Assembly: GCF_032191835.1 (NCBI RefSeq)
Contig: NC_083228.1
Location: 91,574,001 to 91,638,000, forward strand
Reading direction: 5' to 3'
Length of the DNA stretch: 64,000 nt
Source of the DNA: Heteronotia binoei
Lineage: Eukaryota
The notes beneath the pieces were generated by a model that saw only the letters and a list, made by a program, of their open reading frames with translations, had not been told where the DNA came from and did no database searches. This document shows, piece after piece, positions 24,677-36,962 of this stretch. The position numbers were made by a program, and so were the translations under genes. Position 1 is the first letter of the stretch, and every line of letters starts with the position of its first letter.

Positions 24677-25916
24677 CCTGTACCACTGAAACTTCTTAAC
24701 AGACAGGCATTTGAACAGTATAGTTATCTCTCTCCTGAGCATGCAGTGATGTGATCAACTGCCCCTATGCTTCTGTGGTCCCTGTCTATGCAGCTTGGAA
24801 AGGTCTAGGGGCCTTGCTACACAAAGAGAGCTGGCAACCCCATGAATATTCTGGAAAAGCACTGAGTACAGACTAGCAGCCCTGCTGATGCACAGACATC
24901 TGGGGCTTAGGATTGTGCTGCCCATGACTTTAGGCAAGCTGTGGGATCTCAGTCACAGCATACACCCTTGCAGACTGGGACACAGGGAAAATAATGAAAG
25001 AGCACTGTAAAATAGGTCTGTAACAGTGCAATCTTTAGCAGAATTACTCCCCTTTTAACTCCACTGAAGTCAATGGACTTAAAAGTGTGTAACTCTGCTT
25101 AAGATTCTACTAAGTGTCACTGACAGGCATGCTTTTAACACTCTAAAGTTCCTCCACAGGGGGAAGATCTTACTTGCTCTGATTCGATGTTTGTGTGATA
25201 AATTCATTCTTACATTAATTTAATTTTGTAAGGATGCCTATATACAAAAACATTGCTCACCATGGGTAGGGGTGGAGGGAGATAGCAGATGAAAGGAATT
25301 TCTGATGCCAGGGTAGTTTTATCTATTCCCTCATTAACACTGGAAATATGTCAGCAATCCTTCCCAGTACCTCCCCAGTACAGTCAGCAATGTTATAATC
25401 ATATGCCTCAGTCATCACACTCTGTTGCCATGGCAAACGAGTTCAGCACCATGAATTCATAAAAGATAGCTCAGTGCTCTGAAGTTTATGTCTGCCCTGA
25501 TTTTTGTACTAGTGCAGCAGGGAGCGGGGAAACACCATGAAAGATCTCTGGCTGCATGTTTGTTTTTTAAAAAAGTTTCTACCCCTTATGGATATTACTC
25601 AGTAAAGGCTCTATACAGCTCCTTCCCATGGGCACTGAAACTCTGCAAGTAAAGCAGCAAACGTAGCTGCTTACCAAACATCTACACTACTCTTATACAA
25701 TGCCTGCTGGGTGAGCACAGCTGAAGAAGCCCATACAGCCTATGTGAAGCTAAGGACAGGTAGAAGTGCACTCCACAGCTTATATCCTGCAAGTATTCCA
25801 GTTCACTTATCCATTAGGAATAAGCAAAGCAATAATTAAGTGACAAATTTGCATACCGTAGATAGTGTGTACAGGCCACAACTTTGGCCTTTTTACTGGT
25901 CCCTAAAAAGCACATT

Positions 25917-26246
25917 GGTAGCCCCGTGGCACAGAGTGGTAAAGCTGCAGCACTGCAGTCCAAACTCTCTGCTCACAACCTGCGTTCAATCCCGGCAGAC
26001 TCTGGGTTCAGGTAGCCAGCTCAAGGTTAACTCAGCCTCCCATCCTTCCAAGGTCGGTAAAATAAGTACCAAGCTTGCTGGGAGGGAAGTGTAGATGACT
26101 GAGGAAGGCAGTCCCCTGTGCAAGCACCCAGTAAACCACCCAGTAAACCACCAAGTAAAAAGTCTGCCATGAAAACATCGTGATGCAATGTCACTCCATA
26201 GTCAGAAACGACTGGTGCTTGCACAGGGGACTACCTTTACCTTTTT
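25917..26246 (+). mobile_element. Sauria SINE (tRNA head, BovB/RTE-like tail, (ACCTTT)n end)
   Basis: Head gtggcacagagtggtaaagctgcag and tail gactggtgcttgcacaggggactacctttaccttt. Homologous to 48216-48522. Confidence 0.9.
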
Positions 26247-27389
26247 AAAGCCTTTAGAGTACTTGCTATAATGAGAGGGTCTTGCTTGTGTGGACTATCC
26301 ACTTTGCTCCTTCCAGGAGCAGTTGCATGCTGAACTGACACAATGGGGCACCTTGCAGCACAATGGGAAATCTTAAGAGAAAAATGACATCTGATGTCTC
26401 CCCAACTCCTCAACCAGGACTTGAGGATCAATGCATGCTTGAGTACAAGCTTCAATTCAAAAGTCAATGCAGTAGAATCCTGGTAGTTCCAATTTCCACT
26501 ATACAAGATCTCCTTGTCATTTCAATCTGCCAGGTTTTTCCAAGTGCCTAAGCAAATCAGACAAACTTGGCTGACTTTAATTATTATCTTTTTGGATTCC
26601 AGGGAATGGGGAGGAAAAATAAGACACTACACAAAGAAGAGGAGTAATGCAATTTACAGGAGTCAAGTGGGGACTCCTGCAAAGATGAAAACAGAATGTT
26701 ACATTTATTGTGGTTACAAAGAATTACGGTAATTCAAATTCCCATTATTTTAGAAGAAATGGTGGAGGCAGAATGACACCTCCTTGATATGAGCTGATTC
26801 ATAAAGAAACATTAGAAAAATCCCTGTGGAAAGTAAGGGAGCTGCTTGCCCAGAAATCTTTGGCTTATTTCCCTCAGTTTTGTAACTAGAGATACTGAAA
26901 TCTCTATGAAGAATGCCAGCCATTGATTCTGTTTAGGCGTGGGGAAACGGCAGGGAACACGAAGCACAGTGGAGCTACAGCTCCCATAGTAAAGGCCAGG
27001 CTGAGGAAAATTCAGACAAAGGTGCATGGCACTGCCCAATGTAATGACACTGGCTTGACCAGTGAGACCCTGTGCATAAAAAGTGCAAAGAGACAGTGCC
27101 ACAAAAATAAAACTGCAACTGAGCCTAACAAATCTCATCAGCACTTAGCTTGGAAAATGAAAAGTAATGTAAGGTTAACATTGCTGACATTATATCCCTC
27201 ATCTTAATATTGTGGAAATTGTATAGATTACTTGGAAAGAATAACACTCTGCACATGTTCAGAAGTAGTCTCTTACATTTATCGCCAAGTCTTAAATGCA
27301 CACTTGTTGTGTTAAAGCAACCCAAACACTCCTTGATTTGAGCCTTGGTCCCAAAAATAATTGGAGGGGGGGGGGTAATGGAAACAGCA

Positions 27390-28560
27390 TCGTCAAACTA
27401 CCTGCCTTGCCAGGCAACCTCCGGCATTGGGCCGGAGGCTGCAGGGCAAGGGAAGAGCTGCCCTTAAACTGTGGAGCCCCAACTTCGGCCAACTGTAGTC
27501 CACGTTCCTGGGATCGGATCGGTGGGTTGTCTTGCAGTTTAGTCTATGCAGTTTTACAGAATAAGCTCCGTTTTAGGCCGCCCCCCCCCCACACACACAC
27601 CGAATGCAGGCACCCAAGTTCCAGTTCGTGCAATGCACGGCCCCCACTAAAACATCCGAGGAGATCCAGTAAGGGGGGGGGGGGGGGGGATGCTTGCAAG
27701 GAGGCGTGCACGCGAATGCCTGAGGGGAAAGGAAATCGGCTCGGTGCGTCGAGGTAAAACAACCCCTACTTTTAGAAAAGGCACGTCCTTTATTCCAGAA
27801 AGACCACCCCGCCCCCTCCAGAATCGGGGCTTGGCATGGTTGACAGGAAAGCACTTTCCCTTCATTTCCACTACTTATGAGGCTCGATCCATGCGCATTT
27901 AACACAAGTCAGTCCTGCCAGCGGCATGCTGTAGCTTCAACGGGCTGAAGCTCGCCCAACTCTGCACAGACATAAAATGTCAATTCGGTGGGACTTGCAG
28001 CCAAGCATAGGGCGCGGCCAGGGCGCCGACCCTCCCCCCAACCCTTCACAGGTCTGTATTGTGGAGAGAGAAGCCGGCTCCTGCCCCCAGATCTTCCCTC
28101 CAAGAACCCTTACTCACCACATCCTGAGGCAGGAAGATTTCTGCCTTGGCCCCACAGGCTGCGGCGCCATCCTTCTCCGACTTAAGCCCCGCCGCCGGTT
28201 GCTGGAAGCTGATTTTCACCATGGCTCAGCAGCAGCTTCCAACCCGAGCCCGATGTCGCTGCCGCCTCCTCTCTCTGCGGTCGATGCCTCTGGCGTCTCT
28301 CCCAACCTTGCACCGGCGCGGAGGAAGTGCCGGAAGTTCAGCTTTTTTTGCTTTCTCTTTTTTTCTCCACTCCCTCGAAGTGAATGCAAAACAGGGGCGC
28401 GCTCTGCTCTTGAGTAAGCCCTCTTGACGCTTCGGCAGTTCTATTTCCGGGTTCTAAATTAACCAGACTCCAGGCTTCGGTTCCAACATGAAAAAGCTGC
28501 TTGGGGCGCTTTGCATCCCTTTCTGTACAATTTTTCCAACAACATTGACTGGCTGTGGGC
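27390..28560 (-). promoter_or_regulatory. ITM2C: CpG island / ITM2C promoter, 5'UTR and start of intron 1
   Basis: Abrupt rise in GC and CpG around exon 1. ETS motifs GGAAGT (28323-28328) and CCGGAAGT (28330-28337). No obvious TATA box. TSS not determinable from sequence. Confidence 0.8.
28118..28222 (-). CDS. ITM2C: ITM2C coding exon 1
   Basis: gagccATGG start, then MVKISFQQPAAGLKSEKDGAAACGAKAEIFLPQDV (MVKISFQ is the ITM2 family N-terminus). gtgagt donor at 28117. 105 nt. Confidence 0.95.
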
Positions 28561-29269
28561 GTTTGCCTTACCACCAGTCAGGAGGGATGGGAGAGCATTT
28601 TGCACGTGCTGAGAGAGAATGTCCCCAAATCCTGCATGGTATAATCAGGACCATCCAATTTCTTGATTGACAGTTACTCTGGATTCTAAAGGTGTTTTAC
28701 ACCAATGTTTGAGATGCTAAGGGTCCTCAGTGCTTAGGACTTGACAAAGTGCCCGAATGCATTCCTAAATAGATAAATGTGCATTTATAAATATTGATTT
28801 ATCTTTTTCCCTTCTGTAAAATGAATACTGAAATGACTTCTTGCTTGAAAAATACGTGCAGTATAGTTTTCTTTCAATAAATGGAACTTTGGAAACCATT
28901 TCTCTCTCTCTCTCTCTCAAATTATGGGGTTCTTCTTGCCAGTCATCCCCCACCCCTTTACAGAACCCGGTGGGAATGAGAGTCCTAGGAAAGGTTTCTG
29001 TGCTTCAGAATTCCCTAACACTCAGAATTGGAGCCTTGAAAGCAGAATATTTTGTGCAAAGCAAGTCATTACATGCAGATGTGTATTTGCATAACATAAA
29101 TGTAAGCTGTATTGAACCACAAGGAATGGTGGAATATAAACATTAACATTGCTAATCTGTATGCCTATCAGAATTGGTGGTCCTGTGATGTGTGTACAAT
29201 GTCTCGTAAAAACTAAGAAATCAGCCTGGTATATATTGCACAAGATTCTGGACTTTCCTTCACTGACAG

Positions 29270-29760
29270 AAGCTTTAAGGCCCTGAGAAATCAGGGACCA
29301 ACGTATTTGTGGGACTGCCTCTTCCAGTATGTTCTGAAGAGAGCATTCTGCTCTCTGGACAACAAACTGTTGGTGATCCCCAGCCCCAAACATATCTGGC
29401 TGTCCTCGACCTGGCCAGGGCCTTTTCAGTCCTGGCCCCAACCTGGTGGAACTCTCTGCCAAACACCCCTGTGGGACCTTATGAAATTTGCATGGCCTGC
29501 AAGGCATTTGGTTAAGGTAAGCGATGGTTTCCATTCTGGCTGGTTCCCTCCCATATTCTCCATTCCCCTTAGACTTGTTTCCCCCTCTCTACACCCATGA
29601 GGCGGTCAAAGTCTGAAATTAGGGGATAATTTGTAGTGGTTGCCTTTGCAACTTGATTGTTTAGATTGCTGTAGTAATATTTTAAGTACTTGTTTTGAAA
29701 AAAAATTGATTTTTTATTATGTTGTATATCGCAATTCATAAGCCTAATATAATTAATACA
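29270..29760 (+). mobile_element. Old L2 3' fragment
   Basis: tttaaggccctg...gccagggccttttcagtcctggccccaacctggtggaactctctgcc parallels the L2 C-terminus at 7320-7530. Confidence 0.7.
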
Positions 29761-30335
29761 TAACACTTTCACTTATCCTCTTCCATTGGCTACTACCCTG
29801 CACAGAGCATCCAATGTCCCTACACTGTCTGGGGACTTTGCAGCTTCATCCTACACATGTTTATGCAATATGTGAGTCCCTAAAATTTAACTAAACTATT
29901 GAGAAAAAGGTTTTGGATTGCACCCTTGGGTATGGTATGCTCCAAGTATCCCTGTTACTCAGTGGGAAGGAATCCCTTTTCCTTAGGTAATTCTCTGCTC
30001 CTGTTTTGCCTCTTATTTTTTTCCAAGTGGGAGGGATTTTTTTTTAAAGAATGTGTTCAGTAAGATACAAGTATAGGGTGTCTGGAAGTTAGACCTTTTG
30101 AATGGAGTGCGGGTAGATGCATCTTGTCTCTAGCATGCATGCATTTGTGTCAATGGGTGAACATGAAGGCACAACAGAATGCCATTTGAGTACACTGTCA
30201 CTGAAGAGCAAGATAGGCCCCAGAGTATGATGGCAGATGTCACTCCTAAGCAGGACTACACAGAACTTCCTCAAATCTATTCAGTGGCAAAGGGAACTGG
30301 TAGTTATGTTGCTGAAACTAGGCAGATAAGGATAG

Positions 30336-30565
30336 GACCAACCAAGTTTTAGTCAGAATGTAAGCTTTTGTGTGCTCTCTAAGCACACTTCATCACACGA
30401 GGGGATCAGGTTATGTATCAATACCTGATCCCCTTGTCTGATGAAGTGTGCTTAGAGAGCACACAAAAGCTTACGTTCTGAATAAAACTTGGTTGGTCTT
30501 AAAGGTGCACTTGACTCCTGTTTAGTTCAACTGCTTCAGACCAACACGGCTGCCCACTTAGATCT
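30336..30565 (+). mobile_element. Penelope-like terminal fragment with inverted partial duplication
   Basis: Arms 30336-30411 and 30423-30498 are inverted copies. The right arm continues to ...ccaacacggctgcccacttagatctag. Confidence 0.8.
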
Positions 30566-31424
30566 AGGTAAGGATAGGGTTAATGTCTGGAGGAAAGACA
30601 GCCTGCAGCAAGGTGAAGCATTTGAAATATAGTAGGACAAAAATGTTATTTTAGCATCACTTTATCCAAAAGAACAATAATCCCCTTGATTTTTGAACCA
30701 ATGGAAGAGCATTCATTCAGCAGCCTAGATCCTTCAGCAATAGCAGGGACATATGGACTCTGGGAGTGAAAGATGGGCTGTTAGCAGGTCCTTATTTTCA
30801 TCTATCCAGTGTTGGGAGAATTCAGAATATGTTATGCAGAGCAAGCCAAAAATGGGCAGATATTTATGCCCATAACAGGTAAAGGTTTCCTTGGAATAGA
30901 TTTTAGCTTTTAATCTAAACACAGACTTGACTGTACACATTATGTTTCTTACACCAAAAGGCCTAAATAGGATGTGTATATGAGTGTGCTTTAGTGCATT
31001 CCTCATGAATGTCTGAGGTGTGACATAAAAATGTAACAAGTTCCTCAATATTGGCTCTGATAGAAAAAAATAAAGAGATTCTTGCTAAGGAAAACATTTG
31101 ATTCCTTAAGCTAATGTAACACAGAGACAGAAAAAAACAAACTTTTATCAGATGACCTGCTTTTGATGAATTTAGCTTATCTGCCTCAAGCAGGTTTACT
31201 GAAATGTTCTAAATAATTAATCTTTAATTCAGTCACTGAAAAAAAAAGATGTTAATTAGGAAAATCAATGGCTCCCACAAGTTCCAAATTCCTGCTCTGT
31301 AGCCTTCTTTTCCCACTTCATAGCTATATATATTTATAATTAGCAAAGACTTTCAGTCCTTTAGCTCAGGCTTCAGGGCCAATAGCATTCTGTGCCACTG
31401 TGCAGCTATTACCAGTTGATGTGT

Positions 31425-31648
31425 TTCATTTATTTAGAGACGTATACCCTAATTTATCACCCAAGGTAGACCCCAAGCAGCTTTCAGTATTATTCGTCCA
31501 TCTTCATTTTGTCCCCACAATAACCTTGTTAGGCTGAGAGTGTGTGATTGGCCAAAATCACCCAGGAGGTATCCATAGCAGAGTGGTGGTTTTAACCTGG
31601 GTCTGAGAGCCTTGTTCAGCACTCTAACCACTACGTCTTGCTGGCTCT
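31425..31648 (-). mobile_element. Older Squam3-like SINE
   Basis: Reverse complement starts agagccagcaagacgtagtggttagagtgctgaac and includes tctcagcctaacaaggttattgtggggacaaaatg. Confidence 0.75.
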
Positions 31649-32673
31649 GGTAGCAAAAAAAATAGCTGAACAAGGGTACTCCTGTTTCCCCTTTGTGCTG
31701 AGTATTGTTGTTACAAGCATAAAGGGATCTTGCACAGGGACACTTGACTGTCTGTTAATATTGCTGCTATGCTTCAACCCAGATACCTGCCCAGTTCTTT
31801 GAAATGGCTACCTTTGATTATAAGCCAAAGTTTCTTTTTATTCTGTTCATGAAGTGATTACATTGTTGAGGACTTTCTGGCCATGGCTTTTCATCTCAGC
31901 AGTTTTTATCTATTAAACTTCTGGTGAGTAATTTATAAATTCAACAAAATGTTAAGCTTTTAATTCAAAGAGATTTTCACATAGAGATCCCATAATATTT
32001 CAACCATTCTGAAATCAGAGTAAATCAGGGTGGAGTGGGCAGTCAATGGATTGTAGAATACAAATGTTCATTTTTATGATTTCTCACTGCTCTCCTTAGG
32101 AGTGTTTCAGCAGTGCAGAAGATGGTGGTTTTGTAGTCCCCTTAAAAGACTTTGAATACCTTCTGGGAAACTGCAGCTGTCTGTTTGCTAAAAATCCAGG
32201 TGCTGAATAATGCAACCTTCAGGTTACTATGGCAGCAAGTGCCATTGCTTAGGCAATGGAGCCATTGTGTCACTAACCCGCCAGACTACAAATACAATAT
32301 CGTCACACTGCATTTTTTGTTGTTTTTGAAAAAGAGGGTTTTTCAGGATTTCATAGACAGAATATTAGCACTTATGCAGTGCATTCTATGCATGCTTACT
32401 TGGAAGGAAGGAGGAGGCTTACTCCCAGCTGCATAGTGTTGCAGTCTGAAACCAGCAGGCAGAACACGTGCAGTATAACCTGGTTCTGAGTTCATTAAAG
32501 TCAATGCTCAGGACTATTCTTAGGACTGTGGAAAAGTTAACTGTTTGGGGTTTACGAAATGTGAATCTTGTATGTCACAAATTTTCTTCTTTGTGCAAAA
32601 GCAATACCCTTGTTGAAATATTATGGGATCTCTATGTGAAAATCTATTTGAATCGAAAGCTTAATATTTTATT

Positions 32674-32949
32674 GAGAGCCAGTTTGGTGTAGTGGTTAAG
32701 TGTGTGGACTTTTATCTGGGAGAACTGGGTTTGATTCCCCACTCCTCTACTTGTAGCTGCTGGAATGGCCTTTGGTTAGTCATGGCTCTTGCAAGAGTTG
32801 TCCTTGAAAGGGCAGCTGCTGTGAGAGCTCTCTCAGCCCCACCCACCTCACAGGGTGTCTGTTGTGGGGGAAGAAGATATAGGAGATTGTAAGCCTCTCT
32901 GAGTCTCTGATTCAGAGAGAAGGGCGAGGTATAAATCTGCAGTCTTCTT
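32674..32949 (+). mobile_element. Squam3-like SINE, young subfamily
   Basis: Near-identical to 15767-16039. Confidence 0.9.
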
Positions 32950-34247
32950 TTTGCATTTTGTTCATTGTGCTGTCAGGGAGAACAGAAGAGATGTGGGACA
33001 AAGTTGCTTTAAAACCCACGCTTCATGACACAGCAAAACAATGAATGTCAAATAAATGCCACATCGTTTGCTTTTTGGACTTGCAACTTTGAGACACTTA
33101 AGCTGGAGCCTTGCAGTGGATGAGACAGTGACTGCATCACATTTCGCTTACTATTACCTCTCCTTAGGTTACCTAAAGGCTGACTGTAGACAGCCAGAGT
33201 GATACAAAGCTATCATCTGAGCGATAGCATCAACTGCAGGAGCTTAGCATATCACAGATGGCTGAGCCCATTGCCAGTGCTCCCAAAACTCACTAATAGG
33301 CTGAGCTGATTGGCACACTGGTGGTGCTTTATCCATATATCTTGCAGGCTTATTGCTTGCATAAACACATATGGATGCAAGCCCCAAAGAATTTATACTT
33401 TTCTGCACAAAAAGGTCTCTAGAAAAACGGCTGATGTCATTTGAATCTATATTTGATATTTTAATTATTTTGCTTGCTCTGAAAATCCAACAGATCAGTG
33501 GACTGGGAGGACGACCGAAATGTCCCACGGTCCTTGGAACAACAAAATGTGTACCGTGGGGGCGTAACAATGGCAGTAGTTCCGTGATATGAAGCAGTAC
33601 TCCAGCACCTAGCCCAGAGGTAAAATTCCCACAGCACTCAAGGATTTGTGGGTGGTCGTGCTTTGTGAGGCTGATAATGGAACACATACCTCCTCCTCCC
33701 CTGCCAAGGTTTTGAGAAATAGGCAACTAGGGCTGACATGTTATCTGGCGTCTCTTAAGAAAGGCATCTTCATTCCACTGTAAAATAATTCACAATATTT
33801 CCCTTGGTCTCCACAGGTGCTTATCTGCTTTCACTTATAATTGTAATGGATGTTATTTCCTACCAACCAAAATGGAGGTTTGTAGGTAGAATATTTGGTT
33901 CTTTTCAGGCCTCCTACATTCTCCAAAAACTGTTTCTGTGAACTGATGCACCTTTGGCACAGATGTGGCATAGAGGACTGCACTGACATGGGGGAATTGG
34001 CAGGAATTCTTCTTTACCCAAGAAAAATTTTACTCATGGTGTGTGTGTGTTGGGTGGGGCATTCTGCCAGTTGCCCTTTCTATATGAGTCTTCAATGCCC
34101 CATCCTGTGTCATTCTCAAAGGTCCTCTGGCCCTTAGGAATGGCTGTGGGCTGAGGCAGCCAGCTGCAGGGGAAGGGACAAAGACCTCTTCTGAAAACTC
34201 ACTCCATTCACCCACAAAGCTAATTCTCTACTTTCTTACGTGCAACA

Positions 34248-34438
34248 ATAGGCTGGTGTGACATAGTTGAGAGATTGTCTTGAAGAATATGGGTCAAATC
34301 CCTCCACTGCCGTGGAAGCATGCTGGGTGACCTTCAACCAGTCACTGACTCTCAGCCTAGCCAACTTCACAGGCTGAAAAGGAACCCTGAGCTCTTTGAA
34401 AGAACCATAGGATAAAAATGTAGTAAATTAATATAAAC
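34248..34438 (+). mobile_element. Older Squam3-like SINE
   Basis: gggtcaaatccctccactgccgtggaagcatgctgggtgaccttcaaccagtcactgactctcagcctagcc. Confidence 0.65.
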
Positions 34439-35679
34439 AAATGTTTTGGTAAACATAATAATTTGCATTGAAAATCAGGCCTTGGTTTTATCATCACCGC
34501 CAAAGTCACTTAAAAAATAGCCAGCCATCATTTGAATTTATCAGATGACCTAAATTCAGGCACATGTGCCAGTGACAAGCAAACCAGGTGCCCGCAGCTC
34601 TTACTGCCACAGCGTCATTCTGATTCATAATTTCATCAAGATTCTTAAACAGCAGGGTTTTCATATCCAAGGTCACCGCGTTCTCCTCCGCTTGTCTGGC
34701 TTTAATGAATATAACTGAATTTTAAATAGCAAAATGCAATTAAAATGTGTCACTTTGGTAGGTAAAATGTTCAATAATGGAGGCAACCGAGAACCTCTCA
34801 CTTGGTGAAAGGACATAACAGAATTGTGTTCTTTTGTGGAACGAGCAGACACATTAATGCTTTGGCCTCTGGTTACCCTTAGCAGATATCTGAAGTCAAA
34901 TCAGGAACACTCATGCTATTTTCATTTCACGGTCATAATTTAAAATATTTATTCAGAAGTCAATTGCAAGCTGACCTTGAAAGAAATGTGTGCCTGGTTT
35001 CATAGCAGTTGTTCTCAAAAACAGAACCAATTTGGTCCAGTCGATCTGAATTTTTTTTTTATGGACTACAGTAAGAATTATTCAACTGGACACAGTTTAT
35101 TCACATGAAACGTGTCCATACTAGTCTTCCATTTACTATGATCATAGTAACATTAGACTGATCAATGCTCAAGTATCTAGGCCTTGCAGTATGCGTGTTG
35201 CATGTACAGGTGGGGGGAGGGAGTTGCTGTTCACAATCTCCCTGTTTAAAGGGGCTGCAGTGCTAAGGAAGAAAGATGCATTATCTATCTGTGAAATAAA
35301 AATGTTTCAAGAAATGGGTAAGACCTCCAGGAGATGAGGTAGCCTTACTGGTGTTGACCAGTCCCTTGACAAAGGCACTTAAGAGTGGAAAAAGTGCAGG
35401 TGAATTGCCTCCTTTGGCAGTGCTGACAGAACTATGCTAAATCCTTCCACTCTTCTTCTGTCTATCCACGTGCAATGTCCCGGGAAGAAAGCATTGTGCA
35501 ATTTGTGTGTAAGCTATTATAGACTGGTCATCTGGCCTTGCATGCAAGTGAGTAGCCAGATCTGGTCTGTGAACCTGGGGATTATGTGTTTCACATATTG
35601 AAAGTGCTGCAAAATTCAAGTAACACTTGACAGAGAATGCAAAAACAGGATGTGTTCCAATATTCTTTAGCTAAAGTTT

Positions 35680-35771
35680 GAGTCCAGAGCCATCTTTAAG
35701 ATCAACAAAGTTTTATTCACGGTATAAGCTGTGGTGTGTGAGCACACTTTGTCAGCTGCTCCACCTGAATC
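35680..35771 (-). mobile_element. Decayed Penelope-like terminal fragment
   Basis: Minus strand CTGACAAagtgtgc...agcttataccgtgaataaaactttgttgatcttaaagatg parallels the 23293 and 30423 copies. Confidence 0.6.
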
Positions 35772-35950
35772 TATTCTTTAGCTAAGTTACCCTTAGAATG
35801 ACAGCAAAAGAGCACAGTATGGAAAACCGTTGATGTTAGTAAGAGAAAATGATACCGTTTTAAAATATCATACTTTGGGATGGCACACTGCTGAAAGCAG
35901 CCATTAATGGAATGGGTGTATTTATCAGGGCTTGTTCCTTATGAAATATT

Positions 35951-36070
35951 CATAAGAGAAGCCATGTTGGATCAGGCCAATGGCCCATCTGGTCCAACAG
36001 TCTGTGTCACACAGTGGCCAAAACCCCCCAGACCTCTTCTCCATATGTTTATCCAATCCCCTCAGAAGCA
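35951..36070 (-). mobile_element. CR1 3' end fragment with internal deletion
   Basis: cataagagaagccatgttggatcaggccaatggccc is joined directly to ctccatatgtttatccaatcc. Both pieces are seen separately in 48735-49320. Confidence 0.8.
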
Positions 36071-36962
36071 GCCAGCAGGAATACACATTTATTTGGAGGT
36101 TGTTTTTTAAGTGTTAAAAAAAAAATCATACCTGCATTTTCCACCTCTGTTACAACATGTAGCACAGAATACAAAAAATTCTGGTGGGGAGAAAGCCCAA
36201 CCCAAAGCTATCCCATAGCATGTTCAGGATACACTGTATAATTGCACATCCCTCCCCTCTCCAGTGCGTACATTCATTTTGATCAAATACAAATGAATTT
36301 GCTCCCATCTACCACATTTGTTGTGGAAAAAAAATATAACACTACTGTCTCAAGGGCAATTTGAAATGTGATATTCAGTATTCAAGGCCAGCTAATTGTA
36401 GACTCAACAGCTTCTGGGGACTTGTACATCCCCTTCCCCCATCAGTGCCATTTTGATAACTTTTTAATAAGAATGTTAATGTCTTATTTCCAACTGCTTA
36501 AGAGGCTCAGCCGTTCCATTAAAAAGGGCACTGCTTTGAGCAGTGTACCAACCCAAAGTGTGATATTTTATAACAGTATCATATTTGCTCTTACTAACAT
36601 CAGGACAGTTTCCCATACGCTGATTCAGCCTTAAAGGAGGGGAGGGTATGAACCACTATAGGCTCTGGACACTATCCCAGTACATGGTAAGACACATTTA
36701 GCGAACTCCCATTTGGAATATGACTTTCCTACATACAAACATGCACAACATGCCGGGCCAGCACCACTTCAGAGGATTGGGAGGGGGGGGGAGGGGAGAA
36801 TGTGTGTACCTTGCACTCATTTTTGATACCACAGAGAGCTGTGAGCTTGTCTGAAAATCCAAATCCAAAAGGTAATTGAAATGTCCAAAATGTGTGAAAG
36901 GAAAAGGAAGATAATTCTCAGCAATGGCACTGAGAAAATCCATCTTTGCCCTCCTCTTAGAA

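Noticed and set aside
27296-28574. Many overlapping ORFs in the GC-rich region
   Set aside because: Expected from stop-codon scarcity in a CpG island. The real exon (28118-28222) is in none of the listed frames.
35823-35831. AACGGTT (miR-451 seed match) on the minus strand
   Set aside because: About 6.8 kb past the CAB39 stop and well beyond the inferred poly(A) site, so probably not in the mRNA.
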